From Saccostrea cucullata (taxonomy: Eukaryota), in the NCBI RefSeq assembly GCF_032062105.1, contig NW_026920964.1:1-64000 (forward strand): a stretch of DNA of 64,000 bases, given 5' to 3'. A model generated the notes under the pieces. That model was given only the letters and a program-made list of their open reading frames with translations. It ran no database searches and was not told where the DNA came from. Below are positions 12,040-25,564 of the stretch, piece by piece (position 1 is the stretch's first letter; the number at the start of each line of letters is the position of its first letter). Position numbers and translations under genes: made by a program.

Positions 12040-13695
12040 ATGGATAAGGATATCACAACACAACTTAAAGTTCTTCTGTGCTCTCATTGTCCGACTGATG
12101 TGAAATTCTACTGCAGGCCATGTAAACAAAATCTGTGTTTAGCGTGTAAGCAGAAACACGTTGTGTATCTCGATACCAAAGACCATGATGTGGTTATATA
12201 CCGTTTGAAGCATGGAAAATTTATAACACCAGAGTCATGTGATAGACACCCAAACTGCAAATATAAAAACTGGTGCAAATCTTGTAAATGTCCCATCTGT
12301 GATGCAAATTATAAGCATAAGAAACATGAAATTCTTGATATCAAATTAGCCTGCACGGTTAAAAGACAGCAACACAAGGAAAGAATTATTCAAATTAGAG
12401 GTGATAGTCTCCCGTACAACAGTGCGATCCTAGCAGGTCTCGAATTTGACGTCAAAAAAGATGTAAAAAACTTAAAAGCAAAACTTTCCAGCATCCAACA
12501 AGAGCTTGCGGTTAAAGCTGAAAACTTGAGAAAACTTATCGAAATACATAGTAAAGCAGTAAATGATTTATATGAAACAAATTTTTATACGAGTTTTATA
12601 ATGAAGCATCAAAAAATGACAGAGTATGTACATAGATACGAGCAACTGGCAAACAAACCCGTGAGGTTTCTATTGTTCATAAAGAAAACCCCTGTCCCCA
12701 AGACAAAAGAACTTCCTGATAACATAAAGTGTAACTTTAATAAAGAAATAAGAATAAGAGACACTTTAGAGCTATTAGTTGAAATCAAAATCACAGAGAC
12801 AGGAAAAAGACAAGTTAGAAATGAGAATATGTTGAGACTGTTAAAAGGGGCTATCCTAAATACTAAGCATGTCTATGTGACTAACTTAAATCACGGTGTA
12901 CACATTTCCTTTGTAACATCAGAGCAACTTTGGGTCAGTGATGGACACAGTCTTACTTTGACCAATTCTAAAGGTAACATTCTACATCATTTATTTGATG
13001 TAAGTGAATACTATGGTGTACATACAGTAAACAGTGAAGGAGAGTTGATTTATGTAGACAAAGACTGGAACATTAACAAAATAAGTGCAGACAATGCTAC
13101 AAAGTCGACATTGATAAAAAGAACAGAATTATGGGAACCATGGTGTATCTGTCACTCAGGCTCTACTGGAGATTTGCTGGTCATGATGAGATATGATACA
13201 AGAAACCCCACCATACCATTATCAGATGTGAAAGTCATTCGGTATAGTAGTACAGTTCAACAAATCCAAACCATCCAATACCACAGAACAGGCGAACCAT
13301 TATATAGTGAGCCTATCTATATCACAGAGAACGGGAATGGAGATATTGTCGTGTCTGATACATGGAATGGTGTGGTCGTCACAGACCATGAAGGGAAATA
13401 TCGTTTCACTTACACAGGACCACCAGAAGGACTGTCGTTTGGAATATTTATGCCAAGTGGAATTTGTGTAGATGCATTCTTAAATATCCTGATATGTGGT
13501 CGACTAGACCAAACAATACAATTGATAAACAGGGATGGTCTTCTACTGTCAATTCTACCAACAAAACAAGATGGAATGGTTGAGCCATTGGGACTTGGAT
13601 ATGACGAAAAAAATCACGTTGTTTGGATGGGATCAGGAATGAACAACAAACTATGTGTATACAGATATATAGAACGACAAGATTATCTTGCTTAA
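12040..13695 (+). CDS. RING-less TRIM-like protein: B-box x2, coiled coil, NHL-like beta-propeller (intact, single coding exon)
   Basis: CSHC..FYCRPCKQNLCLACKQKH and CDRH..WCKSCKCPICD B-boxes; NHL-type motifs PIYITENGNGDIVVSD, PSGICVD; splice acceptor TTGTAG ending at 11982 upstream of ATG 12040. Confidence 0.9.
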   Translation: MDKDITTQLKVLLCSHCPTDVKFYCRPCKQNLCLACKQKHVVYLDTKDHDVVIYRLKHGKFITPESCDRHPNCKYKNWCKSCKCPICDANYKHKKHEILDIKLACTVKRQQHKERIIQIRGDSLPYNSAILAGLEFDVKKDVKNLKAKLSSIQQELAVKAENLRKLIEIHSKAVNDLYETNFYTSFIMKHQKMTEYVHRYEQLANKPVRFLLFIKKTPVPKTKELPDNIKCNFNKEIRIRDTLELLVEIKITETGKRQVRNENMLRLLKGAILNTKHVYVTNLNHGVHISFVTSEQLWVSDGHSLTLTNSKGNILHHLFDVSEYYGVHTVNSEGELIYVDKDWNINKISADNATKSTLIKRTELWEPWCICHSGSTGDLLVMMRYDTRNPTIPLSDVKVIRYSSTVQQIQTIQYHRTGEPLYSEPIYITENGNGDIVVSDTWNGVVVTDHEGKYRFTYTGPPEGLSFGIFMPSGICVDAFLNILICGRLDQTIQLINRDGLLLSILPTKQDGMVEPLGLGYDEKNHVVWMGSGMNNKLCVYRYIERQDYLA

Positions 13696-14209
13696 ACTTT
13701 AATGTGCTTGTGTTTGGCTGACTTGTTACATATCAATTGGCAAAACTTTTTGCGATGAATTTGACTACAAAATATTCCGTATACTTGATAAATAAATAGG
13801 TCTCTAGGCAGGTTATAATCAGTCAACAGGGGATGCTTACACATCCCAGGCACCTGATTCCACCTCTGTAATTTCCATAGGTCCCTGTTATGTGCTGTTC
13901 ACAGAATTGTTTTGTTTGTGTTATTTGCGCGATCGATCACTGTTCGTTAACTTCACCTTTTTTCCCCACATGTACAGACAAACAGACAAGGAGATTTCGG
14001 ACATTCTTATTAATATAAATAATAATGACTTGATCCACGTACAATGAGAGATGATAATTATTTTTAATCGTGAGATACCAGGGTATAGAGAATTTTTCAA
14101 GTTCAGTTTATTTGACGAATACAAATCAGGAGCAGAGCAAATACTGATTTTTAAACATTATAAACATTATAAAATAAATGTCTATGAAAAAATTTATTTT
14201 TTATTGTAA

Positions 14210-14309
14210 TGTGTCCCCTGCGGTGACAATTTGAATCTAAATGAGAAAACATGTTTAAGGATGTCACAACCCACATTAAAGTACTTCAATGCTGTCAGTG
14301 TCAGAAAGG
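14210..14309 (+). pseudogene. 5' stub of another TRIM-like paralog
   Basis: Matches 34175-34288 (KDVTTHIKVLQCCQCQ); truncated by a Naiad RT fragment. Confidence 0.75.
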
Positions 14310-14492
14310 TAACAACATTGTCTTTGTTTGTAAAGCTCATTATATAAATTGCATTCTACAAGAACTTGGACTTAATTCTAAAAGTGGTAATACTACTTAT
14401 ATTCATACTTCCCTTTCTAAGGAAGAAATTCTTCAAATCAACTGTCAGTTTTGAATACTTTTAATATTCCACGAGCCAAAATGAATTTGAAC
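14309..14492 (+). mobile_element. Internal Penelope-like (Naiad-type) RT fragment
   Basis: NNIVFVCKAHYINCILQELG..GNTTY resembles the N-terminal RT region of these elements. Confidence 0.65.
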
Positions 14493-14495
14493 TAC

Positions 14496-14896
14496 AGACA
14501 CGTGCCATAAGTATTCAGTCAACTTGGCGGTTTGTTTACGCTTGAAAACGAAAGTACATACTTTGAGTCTCTTGTTTTTGTATCTACACGTCATCGATGA
14601 CGAAGTGTTATAAATTTATATTTTTAGTCACATGATGTATCACATGATCATTTGTTGTCGTCTGTAGTTAGCGAAAGTTGTCAGAATTACGAATTTGAAA
14701 ATATGGGTCGAAAAGTGCATTAGCTTGGGACGGAGGCGAAAAATATCATTATAGACTTGATACAAATTTGATATAGTGGTCTTTCCCGTCACAAGGTCAG
14801 TGAGATGTTGAAAATTCCAAAGTCAACAGTTATCGATGTCGCAAGAAAGTTTTTTTGCCACAGGGTCAGTGGAAAACAAACCAAGATGTGGGCGGC
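14496..14896 (+). mobile_element. Decayed Tc1-like transposon, 5' part
   Basis: TA|CAG start; disrupted HTH transposase N-terminus from 14703 (MGRK..SEMLKIPKSTVIDV..GSVENKPRCGRP) with stops. Confidence 0.7.
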
Positions 14897-16207
14897 CGGT
14901 GTAAAGACGAATAATGACCCCCATCGAATATTGACCCGGAGTCATTTTTCAACGACAAAAAATGACCCCCTACCCCTAGAAAAAATCATTTTTTTAGAAA
15001 AAGAGTCCTAGGGGTCATTATTTTATATGTTAGACCTATAAAAAAAATTGACCCCTATCGAAAAATGACACCTTTTAAAGTGATACAAATTTTATAACAG
15101 TGAAAGGGAAAATTATGCTGTATATTATAATTGTTCTTCCTTCGAGTAATTCATGAATTTGTTCGAATACATTTTATATTTGTTCTTTTTAGTATCTAGG
15201 GGTAATGAAGTTCCTCATTTCTCTCTGCCGAATTATTGACAAATCAGTTTTAAGCAATTAACAATCAATCAATTAATCACCATTTCTCTGATAAAGGAGC
15301 AAACCTAGAAAATCAAAGATGTACATGTAAATGGATCAAACGAACGCTGGAGATATTTATGAATATAATTTTTTTTCTTTACTGACTCCAATTATTGCGT
15401 TGTTTCAGAAAAATACATATTCTAACGCAAAAACTATACATGTACATGTAGACATATCTTTTTATACAGTATAGTATTCATTGCATTTCTTAATTCTTGT
15501 TTTACTCCACCCTTTTACTCAGTTCTGAGTCTATTTTTCAAAGAATTTAACATGAAAATCAGAACAAACATTTTCATTTTTGTAAAGTCTTCTTTATACT
15601 GTATCAAAATATGAAAAGTTAATTGAAGATCATTTCTTTTTATATCCCTGTAATCGAAGATTTTGGGGAATATAGTTTTATCGTAAGTATGTCTGTCTAT
15701 CTGGAGGTCTGTTTGTCCGCAAAAACTTTAACCTTGACCATAACTTTTCATTTATTGGAGCTATGACTTTCTTATTTATTTAAATATGTGTATTCATTGA
15801 GACAAGACCTTACTTTGGGTACCACCAAATTTAACCATTTGACCTTACCTTGGAGTTTGTCCCACTTTAAACAAAAATGCCATTTTTTACATTGGCCATA
15901 ACTTTTAAACAGTAGATACTAGTACTCTCGTACTTCACATATGTATTTTTTGGCATGACTTTTCATTAGATACTAAAACTTTGACCCTTTGACCTTGGAG
16001 ATTTTCGTACTTATGACAAAAAACTTTAATTTTGGCCATAACTTTTGAACGGTAAGGGCTAGGGACACAAAAGGGTCATTTTTCTACGTCGAATAAGGAC
16101 CGGGGGTCATTTTTCGCCGTAGAATATTGACCTGGGGTCATTTTTCGCTGTCAGAAAATGACCCCCGGTCATTATTCGATGGGGGTCATTATTCGTCTTT
16201 ACAACGG
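14896..16207. mobile_element. Non-autonomous TIR element with subterminal ATGACCCC repeats (EnSpm/CACTA-like)
   Basis: TIRs CCGGTGTAAAGACGAATAATGACCCCCATCGAATA / TATTCGATGGGGGTCATTATTCGTCTTTACAACGG. Confidence 0.85.
15636..16062 (+). repeat. Degenerate Helentron-associated (HINE-like) element with satellite-like monomers
   Basis: T-run, short hairpin, GTCT-like microsatellite, then three GrCCATAACTTTT-containing monomers (~15737, 15895, 16034). Confidence 0.55.
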
Positions 16208-17386
16208 CAAACGTTATAACCGAAAATCTTCCTATTTAATGTTATGTGTATATTCCGATAAATATGTATTGGTATAGAGTAAACATATCTTTCTCTGCTT
16301 ACATCTTGTGTAAACTAGCTAGCTCTCATAGAAAAAGAAAAGATAGAAATAAACGAAGAGGAGTTTCTAATATTTGAATGCAATAGTCGATGTATACTTC
16401 TAAAAAACACAACATTTGGAATTCAATCGTCAATTTCGATAGCACAGAATAAAGAGGCAGGAGTAAGAAATGTAGATGACTACAAGAACCTTACATCTCA
16501 TCAGTTCTCACGTCTCCAAAGCATTTTCTTTGAGGGTATATTTTATTTATTTATTCCTCTTCCTTAATTATATCTGTCATGGAATTCATTGTACATGCAC
16601 TACATTAAATCCAATGCTAAGATAAAATTAATTTTTCTGCAAATGTTGAACACGTTTACAATAATTTTTTTAAAAAAATAGTCTTCACTACATTCGTTAG
16701 AAACACGCTTATAATTGTGATAAATATTATTTATGAATAAATTAGAGAGAAATATGCTATTTTCTCTTTTGTCCGAAATTCAACAATTTAAAATTCAAAC
16801 ATAGTGAAAAAACCCAGACAACGAAACAATTTGTGGCTGAATCAATACATTAAAAAGACCGGAAAGCGACCCCCCGTCCTTCCCACGAAGAAGTGATTTT
16901 TCATATTTGGAATACGAGTTTTGATGTTCTTGGTTACTTAGACATTGGATTTTTCTTGAGCTTTGGGATGGAAAAATTAACCCCAGGAAAAAACTCCTAG
17001 AAAGGGTACCTGCTAAAATCTTCAAACAGATATGCCGAGGGAAAAACAGATGTACTCATATTGCTTTAGTGACTAATAATTCATAACAATCAATAAAATA
17101 AGTCTTGAATTGCTTTAGTAACTAATAGTCAATAAAATAAGTCTTGATCATTCATTTATCAAAATTCAATTTACTTTGAAAAAAAAAGTCTCAGTTGAAT
17201 TTTGTACAAGACTGTAAAGTAATTATACACCATATTAAAACGTTTAATGTCTATTATAAACTACACATAAGAATTCATTACAGTCGTATGTTAGAGGGAG
17301 GTACATGTATATGAGCTCATCTAAGATACAAGGTAAACATTCTATAAGGAATAGGATCAAGACAGGAAAAGGTATCAATTTTCCCT

Positions 17387-19179
17387 TCATACACTTTCAT
17401 CTGAGCTTGAAGATATACGACAAGAGTTTTCAAACTCCAAGTCTAACTGTTTCTTTTCAGAAAGGCAAGAAAGGGCTTTGTTGAGTCGTAAGCAAACTGT
17501 GGAATTCAGGAGGTCTTTAAGACTTTCGTCTCGGACTTCATCTATCCCTCCAGTCACCAGACCCAAAGCATGAACAGACCTCTGTTCGGGGGATCTGTCG
17601 TGTTGGAAAACAACGGACCCACTATCCCCTTGTAAAGAAAAGGGGTACTCATCGGAGTTAAAACTGGAAACTAAGAACATTTCACTTCTTTTCCCAAACA
17701 ATTCATGATAGAACTCCGAGCTGGTGATCCGACCATCAGAGAGATTAGTTGTTGCCCCCTTCTTATGGACGACAGAATTTGCTGATATGGGTCCTTCGTG
17801 AATATTTACATTGCATGGTTTTTCCATTCTATTTAGAAAGGTCGTATCACAGGTTCCACGTTTGTTTTTATCTATTTGGAAAACGGCAAAGTCGTGGAAA
17901 GGTTTTTGATCTGAATAGATGCATTCACCAACTTGGGCCAGTTGCTTATTTTCTCCAGACGTAACGTACACAAATTCGTTCTCCCTAGGCAATGCATGAT
18001 GACACGTCAATCCATACAACTCGCCTTGACCTCGATTGTCTCTCAAAAGAGCGCCAGCTGTTGCATATTTTGAAATTTCATCATTTTTATCTAGGTAAAT
18101 TTTTTCACCTTGCTTCACATGATTGTAAATGTTTAGTTCACCGGACACGATGTGCAGTGACATAGTGTTTAAGAATTCAGGATCAAGTTTATAGAGTTCG
18201 GAATTTAGACTTTCAATATCTTCTCTGTTTCTGACAAATACTCTGAACTCTGATGTTTCCCAGATTCCAAAGCCTTGAACGTCTGATCTCCTGGAATGAC
18301 CAAAATAGATAGTAAATCATACTAAAGAAGAAGGTACAGTTTGGGCTTATTGAGCTAAAAATAATGTTCAGAAAAATTATGAAGATGACTGTAATATAAG
18401 TTAAGAAGACCACCACTTCCATATATTAGAACATTACAGGGTCAGGTTTGTATTAAAACCGTGTTCCGTTCTTTAGGCATGACGTAAAAATCATTGAGTT
18501 ATGTACCATTATTAGTTCAATAGTAATTCACTATTAATCCCAAAGGTTTATTTTTACTACGCAGTAGCAAAAATAGGACATAATAGAATTACATACTCAA
18601 ACAGGAATTTTTTAATCCTTTCCGGGATCTGCATTTCATTTCTCGTCGATGACATTTGTGATAAAACTGATTTGCATTCATTCAACAATTTTGGTATTTC
18701 TTCATTCATTCCTTCGTAAACGTTCAATTCTTCAAGAAATCCTTCGATGCATTTCTTCAAATATGCTTCTAGGAAAGAGGTTATAGCTTCTCGAACACAT
18801 TTCTTTTTTCTTGAGAGGATCGAGAATTTTGATTGAAATGTGTTTCCAAACGATGACCATCCAGCTTTATTGAGAACTATGTAAGCTTTTGTCCATACAA
18901 CTGGTCGTATGGAATTGAGAAGCTAATCAAAAAAGAAGAAAATTGCAGTTGCTTTCTTTAAATTTTCGTGAATTATTTAGTTTATATAACATTTTCAAAA
19001 GCGTTCAAAGTAATTACATCATGAATACCTCTTCTATTCTTTCTATTGGTTCATTCTCACTTTGAAAATAGATAAGCGCTGAAACAGGCCATCGTTGTTC
19101 ACCCCTCAAAGAGGAAGCTTCTTGCTCTTCTAAAGGGAAACAAATAATTTTAAAATTAATTACATGCCAATAGACCCAA

Positions 19180-19216
<37 letters not shown>

Positions 19217-19920
19217 GATACCTGTAGCCTTTGAGGAAGAAATTAGTTTTTCAGTTTCTTTAGTAATATCCCCGGCTAGGTAAAGCTGGACTTTTTGGAC
19301 ACTCATAATTAATGGTGCAATGACTTGAGACGATGATCTGAAATTTCTCATCTTTGTTGCAAGCTTAGAGACCAACTGATGGTGGTAAATAAGACGTGGA
19401 AAGTTGCTGATTGGATACCACTTCTCAATGTATGGTGATCGATATGAATCTGAAATTTTACGATCTAAAATAATGCAAAACAGCGAGTATACTGGGGCAA
19501 TAAGGAAGTTTAAAAACTTTTTAAATAACTTTTGTTTCTTACCAGATTTAGATCTCTGATGATATATGTTACTTTCCACAGATTTCATGCGTTTCTCATT
19601 GGCATCCGACTGTCTTTTTCCTATCTGAGCCTGAATACGAAAACTATACTATTCAGTATCCATGTAGAATTTTTACCTAGTCTTTTTAAATTGATATACA
19701 ATAGAGTAAAATGTAATATGACTGTTGCGGAAATTAAAATATTTTTTTTCTATTTTAAGAATGAGAAATGGCTGAATTTTAATACCTAAATTTGGATTTT
19801 TTGAATAATAAGGAAACAAAAAACCCATTTGAACTATTAGAGACTTACTAGTGGTTTGGTTCTTAGAGATACGTTTGCACCAGTACCAAGTGGAAAGGGA
19901 TGTGTACAAGAGCAGGTCAT
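17387..19920 (-). CDS. Six-exon NAL1/Ssy5-like trypsin-fold serine protease (~577 aa); exons 19920-19849, 19630-19543, 19464-19222, 19129-19029, 18922-18597, 18290-17387
   Basis: All introns are GT-AG and phases join into one stop-free 1734-nt frame; triad motifs LTCHHAL, HDFAVF, GDSGS; KKGATT motif; no signal peptide. Further upstream exons cannot be excluded. Confidence 0.85.
19183..19213. repeat. (GA)n microsatellite in intron 3 of the protease gene
   Basis: Direct observation. Confidence 0.95.
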
Positions 19921-20416
19921 TCTATCCGAAAAACAAAATAAAATGAGAAAGGTTTTTCATTAGTATCCAAGAATTAATTAGACCCCAAAACTGTGTTTTT
20001 CTACACGAAAAATTAAAAGAAAATTTTTAAATGTATTTATGTACGTACATGTATATATCTATAAACATTCGGATATTTATCCTTTTTTAGGTTAAATAGG
20101 GCAAAATATATACAACATGAGTGTGAAGGAAGAGTGAAAAATGAAAAAAAAAATCCTGAATAACAACTCATGATTGAAATAAATTCAAGCTTCACTAACA
20201 AAACATTCAATTTTCTGTTTATAATATTGCAGTCGTTTTTGTAACGCCTTGTCTTAGATTGTGACGTCAACGCCATAGCTGAGTGATTGGGACGTCATGT
20301 CTTAGCGCTATCATGATTTAAATCATTATAAAAATGGATTTTACCAGCCTTTTTGGAGAAGCTTTGGAAGTTTTAGCCTTTGCCTGAATTAGAAAACTTT
20401 TTATCTTATATTAGAC

Positions 20417-20758
20417 GACCGTCTCGGTAGCTTAGTCTATGAAACGTTTGCTTCGTGATCGGAAGGTAGTCTGTTCGAATCTCGGGCATGACTGACCTAC
20501 AGTGTAAGTCGGAAATATGTTCTTCGTCAAAAGTTCAGCACTTGGGATGAGACCTAAACACCAGGGCCCCATGTTGACCGTGTCACATAAGTCGTTGTCA
20601 CGATAAAGACCCCCCACTGCTAAATTGCCTGCTTAACTGCCCTTAGTGCCAATCATAGGTCTAAACTTGAAACCTTTCACCGGTACATTGTATGAGATGA
20701 TGTTTCTATATATGAGAGAAATATCAAATGGGAAGTAAAACAAAATACAATCAATAAA
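20417..20758 (+). mobile_element. Diverged tRNA-derived SINE
   Basis: A-box-like TAGCTTAGT, B-box GTTCGAATC, core CACGATAAAGACCCC, AATC-type tail. Confidence 0.7.
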
Positions 20759-22821
20759 TTATTATCAACAAGGAAAACATTTTCAACACTTTTCCTGATG
20801 AGAAGTGAAATAGATTAACATTCTGATAGACATGTATTTACATTTGCTGTGATTTTCTAGGAAGCCAACAGTGAAATAGATTTGAACACCATTTTCATGT
20901 ATACTCACGCGTAGAAATAAACACGGAAGAAACGTGCACTAACTTGAAGTCACAATGAGGCTACAGAGACGTTAGAAAAATTGTAACGAAATAGGGCAGC
21001 GAGTAATTCAAATATTTAGTACCATGCTTTAAGACAGATATATCTTTTTATTTTAGTTAGTTTGAACTTATCAAAAAATACGTCAGAAATGACTTTAACC
21101 TCGACTTCGACTCTGTCACTATTTTCTTTTTGGCGAAAAGCAAACCATATTGACCAAAAGAGCCATAATTGTTTAATCACCCCAATGCCACAAATATAGC
21201 ATTTTTTTTCTTCAAAATTCTTACCTGAAACAGGTATGGTTCTAGTCATTCAAAATGACTTTTTGTTCCATGTACAAAGAGTAGACAAAAATTCAATTGT
21301 CAATGATGAACTTATTCTCTACATGGATGATGAGGAGTCCTGGAGGAGTGAAAAAATATCACAAGGAAGTTACAAGTGAAGTGGAGTAAAACTAATCATA
21401 TATATATTGTTTACGGAAGGTGACACTTAATTTAGCTGCTTCGTGGCAATGCCTTATTTCCTCTTATATCATGTTTGATCACTTATTGTTAAGTATTTGA
21501 TTGTGTTCCACTTTATATTTTAAACATAAATTGTCAATGGTCAAGTGTGTGTAGCTTTCTATAATAATTGTGCGATTGCTTGGGACAGTAATTTTTTTTT
21601 AAAGTCATATTCATGTGATGCAACTTTTTTGTTCGAAAAATTGATAATGAAAATATTAGATGTTGTTATCAGAAAACCTGTATACAATATGATTTTTCAT
21701 GTCTACTCTCTTATCCACTGGATTCAGTTATTGGTTTCGTATCCCACAAAACTGTCAATGTGTAGTTGTTGCAGGTAAATATACAACCATATGTTTATGC
21801 ACTTACACATGTAGAATATCTACACAGAATCCTTGCTCATATCAATTGTTGCACAGTTTTATCGAATGTTCCGTGAAATGTTATAACAACGAACGAGTAA
21901 AATTGTGTTTTCCATGAAAATTGGACCTCCCGAATAAAAATGATCCTAAAGGAATGGATATATATATAAATACATATATAACATACTAACACAGCTTCCT
22001 CCATGAAATAGTTCATTGCACCATCAAAATATTTGGTTAAATACCTCTAGGAATATTAATCCAACTCTTACTAGCAGGTCATTTCTAAAGATAGAATTTT
22101 TTTCTCTAATAGGTCCTTTAGAAAATTACTTATTTATAAATTAACTGATAATTTTTACTCCAAAATACTTGTATGTTAAAATTGTAATCGCTACTTTATG
22201 TTTAGTACTTTTAACATACACTTAACCAAGGTGAGTTTGATCTACCCGACCTAAACTTTCTTCCAAACCTTAAGGACGCTCTACTTATAAATTTATAATA
22301 TTTTTTATTCTGAATGTGACTTTCATCAGACGACTTGCGGGGTTTTTTTTCCCACACTATGAGTTGGATACAAATCATAGGCAAATTCAAATCACAGGAT
22401 AGCCTTTTTATATTACGTTTTATGAATCATTATCAATGATTTTCACATGCAGTTTTATATAGAATACTTTTTATTTTACTCAATAACTCTCATTCAATGT
22501 CAATTGTGTTGTCACAACTTTGGTATATAAATTAAAATCCAATGCTTGAAAACCACAGCATAAGGTGTAAAATTGGATAAATTACTTTTTTCAACTGGAA
22601 CTATATATATTGTTCTAAGTTAGATTTATACCTATACCAATAGAGAGATGGTGGACGTAACATTAGATATCACACTTTACTATTTGTATTATATACGCAT
22701 TTGTTTTTTAAAATCAACCCACTCATATAATCTTTAGACTATGCACTGCTACGGTATGTTGAAAACGTACTTAATACATATTTGCACTTGAAAAAAGGCT
22801 AAATAAATCAGTTTGGAAAAC

Positions 22822-23406
22822 AAAGGACAAGATGGGGTAACGGCCGAATCTGGCCCCTTATTTGATGTAAAAATCAGAACATTGGTAAAATGTGAAAGTT
22901 TGTAATTAAGAAGTTAAAATGATGCTTTCTTAAAAAAGGACTAATAAAGATTCAAAGCATACATGAAAGCCAGTAGAGGGTGGAGATGTAGGACTTTTTC
23001 CAGAATTTCCTCAATTCTGGTGGAATTTCATCCTATTTGCGATACATTTCTCTTTGGAAAACATAGAGCACAAGCTTGCAATTGCCTATCTGAGATTTTT
23101 CCACATAAACTGCCTCTGATATCAGTGTATAAAATATATATATTTTGTAGATAGGCAAGCGTGTGCTCTATGTTTTCCGAAACAAAATGTGTTGTTAAAT
23201 TGATGAAAATTTGCATAAAAATGAGCAATTTCGAAAGTTGACCTATTTCGTGACCTCACTGTGGCCCCTGTATATTTTAAATCCTAGAACCAATACTCAT
23301 TTTGTATCAGGGGTGACAACAGGTTTTTATCGACAAACTGTTGGATCATTCTGAAAGACACCCCAAATCGGGGGCCAAATTCTGGACTTACCCTATCTTG
23401 TCCTTT
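22822..23406. mobile_element. MITE with AAAGGACAAGAT TIRs
   Basis: AAAGGACAAGATGGGGTAA..TGGCCCC / GGGGCCA..TTACCCTATCTTGTCCTTT. Confidence 0.75.
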
Positions 23407-24358
23407 ATACAGGATTTTAATAAGTGTCCATGGGCTAATTGAACAATGCACACAGAATTGTTGGAAACTATTCCATTCTGACCTAAATTATAGTTTTGGA
23501 GTATTTGACTGTGATAGTTCGCGAACCTTTCATCACCCGTATGACGGTGAACCACTATGGTATATGTTTATTAATGAAAATGATCTTTTAATTTTTTTTT
23601 TGTCATTTCGCTAAATCTATAAAGCTACAGTGTATGTCACCACTTGGTTGTAAATGTTTGCCATGTGCTTTAATTAATATATCCAAAATTTGTTATAATT
23701 AAAATTTTATCATTGGGATCTGAGTTATCAAATATTATTATAATTATCATTACAAAATGTGGTCAATGAAGGATCATAATTTCATATATACACTGCACAT
23801 TAGAAAAACTTGCTAAACATATAATCGCTTATTTTTCTTTTTTGTGAATACAACATTTGCGTAATTGGTATTAGTAAATATTTATATTATGCATATTTAT
23901 ATAAAACGCCATCTTTTCCAATACAGTGGAATTGGCAAATGATTTGGTATCATGAAAAACCCAAAAATTACCTTCTTGCCTGAAAACCAATTTTCCGACA
24001 TGCAAATCATACCTTTTTTGTCAAATTATATGCAGTTGCTAATTATCGACAATGGTATTTGAGATTATACCAAGAGCAGTATCCCAGTAAACTACTCAGA
24101 TTATATGCAACGATTGACTATTATATCGCTTGCTAGTCTTCAAGAGCTTGGAAGATGGTGTTCATATCATCAAGTCTACCCAGCTTCTGGTTTCCCCAAT
24201 ATTGGGGAATGACATTGAAATGTTTAAATGCTTGGCTATCTTTAGTAAATATCTTAATGTTTACTAGTCTTTTCACACCAATTTTTCAATTTGTCAACTT
24301 AAACTCATCACAACTATTTTTACAACTTTTTTTCACTAAGAATAATAAATTAAAGCTA

Positions 24359-25564
24359 TGTTACAACGCGAAGTGTTATAACAACGCGAAATGTTGTAAA
24401 CTCGGATTATTACAATTTGCGTTATTACATTTTGCGTCGAGATCAACGCAAAATGTAATAGCACAAAATGTAATAAGATGATTTAAGATTACTACATTTT
24501 GCGTTGTTACATTCTGCGTAATTTTATTTTTGCACTGAAGGCAATGCAAAATGTAATAAAACAACATGTAAAAAACAAAATATAATTAATTATTTGGATT
24601 GTGTATAACAAAAAATAACAAAAAAATTATTCAAATATTTACATGTAATTAACATGGGGAAACACACCGTAAAATATTTAGAACTAAAGCAATGAGACCA
24701 ACACTAGGGCTTTTACGGACATAAATACATCTAAATGCATCGTTTTTTTTTTACTCTGATTTTTGTTATAATGAATACACTGTACTTAATTTTACAGTAA
24801 CACATGATTTATTTGATTACCCAAGATTGACCATAGGTTCATTAAAATCTCTTGATATGCCATTGTATGTATAGATTGGTTAACAAATTAGACGTGTATG
24901 TGAGGAGCAGGGATAGGATGGGGTTTAACTTTGTATGTTTATTATTGTATTACATGCAGAATCAATTCATTTTATTATTGGATGGAAAGAGAGAGAGAAT
25001 TTGTTTTTGCATGTCTGCGATGCTGGTGATTTGCATGGAACAGTATGGTATCATTTGTCATTAAACCTCTGCCCGCTATACATTCACACCTGCCAGTACA
25101 TATATATAGGGGTTTTTTTTATAGATTCATTGGAAAAACATTATTAAACTAATTTTAAATAATGTAACTAATTAAATCAATATTATAAAATTTAATTGTA
25201 AGAAATTGCATATATCTATTTTTCTCCTTTTGTTTGATTTTCTTTTTTTATCGGCTACTACGTGATGAAAACAAGTGTGTTATAACATTTTTTGCTCATG
25301 CCTTTTGCTAAATCTCGACGCAAAATGTAACTACGCAAAATGTACTAATCCAAAAACAGTGTTATTACATTTTGCGTTATTACATTCTACGTTGATCTCG
25401 ACACAAAATATAATTACACGAAATGTAATAATCCTCAAAAGTGTGTTGTTTCATTTTGCGTTATTACATTCTGTGTTGATTTAGACGCAAAAGGTAATAA
25501 CGCAAAATGTAATAATCCAGGTTTATTATATTTCGCGTTGTTATTACATTTCGCGTTGTAACAG
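24359..25564. mobile_element. MITE with TGTTACAACGCGAA TIRs and repeated subterminal motifs
   Basis: Both inverted arms present, flanked by TA. Confidence 0.75.

Larger units (their letters stand above)
5847..14150 (+). repeat. Segmental duplication copy A (paralogous to ~24557-31300)
   Basis: Long collinear near-identity, e.g. 6771-7637 vs 25564-27125 and 8700-10683 vs 27126-29042, interrupted only by copy-specific insertions. Confidence 0.95.

Noticed and set aside
19673-19909. ORF as a protease exon in the MYTSLSTW frame
   Set aside because: Its phase is incompatible with the next exon; the ATG 19920 frame with the GTAAGT donor at 19848 fits
20798-20882. IRF/ISRE-like GTGAAA motifs upstream of the protease gene
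   Set aside because: Short, imperfect and expected by chance in AT-rich DNA; transcription start unknown
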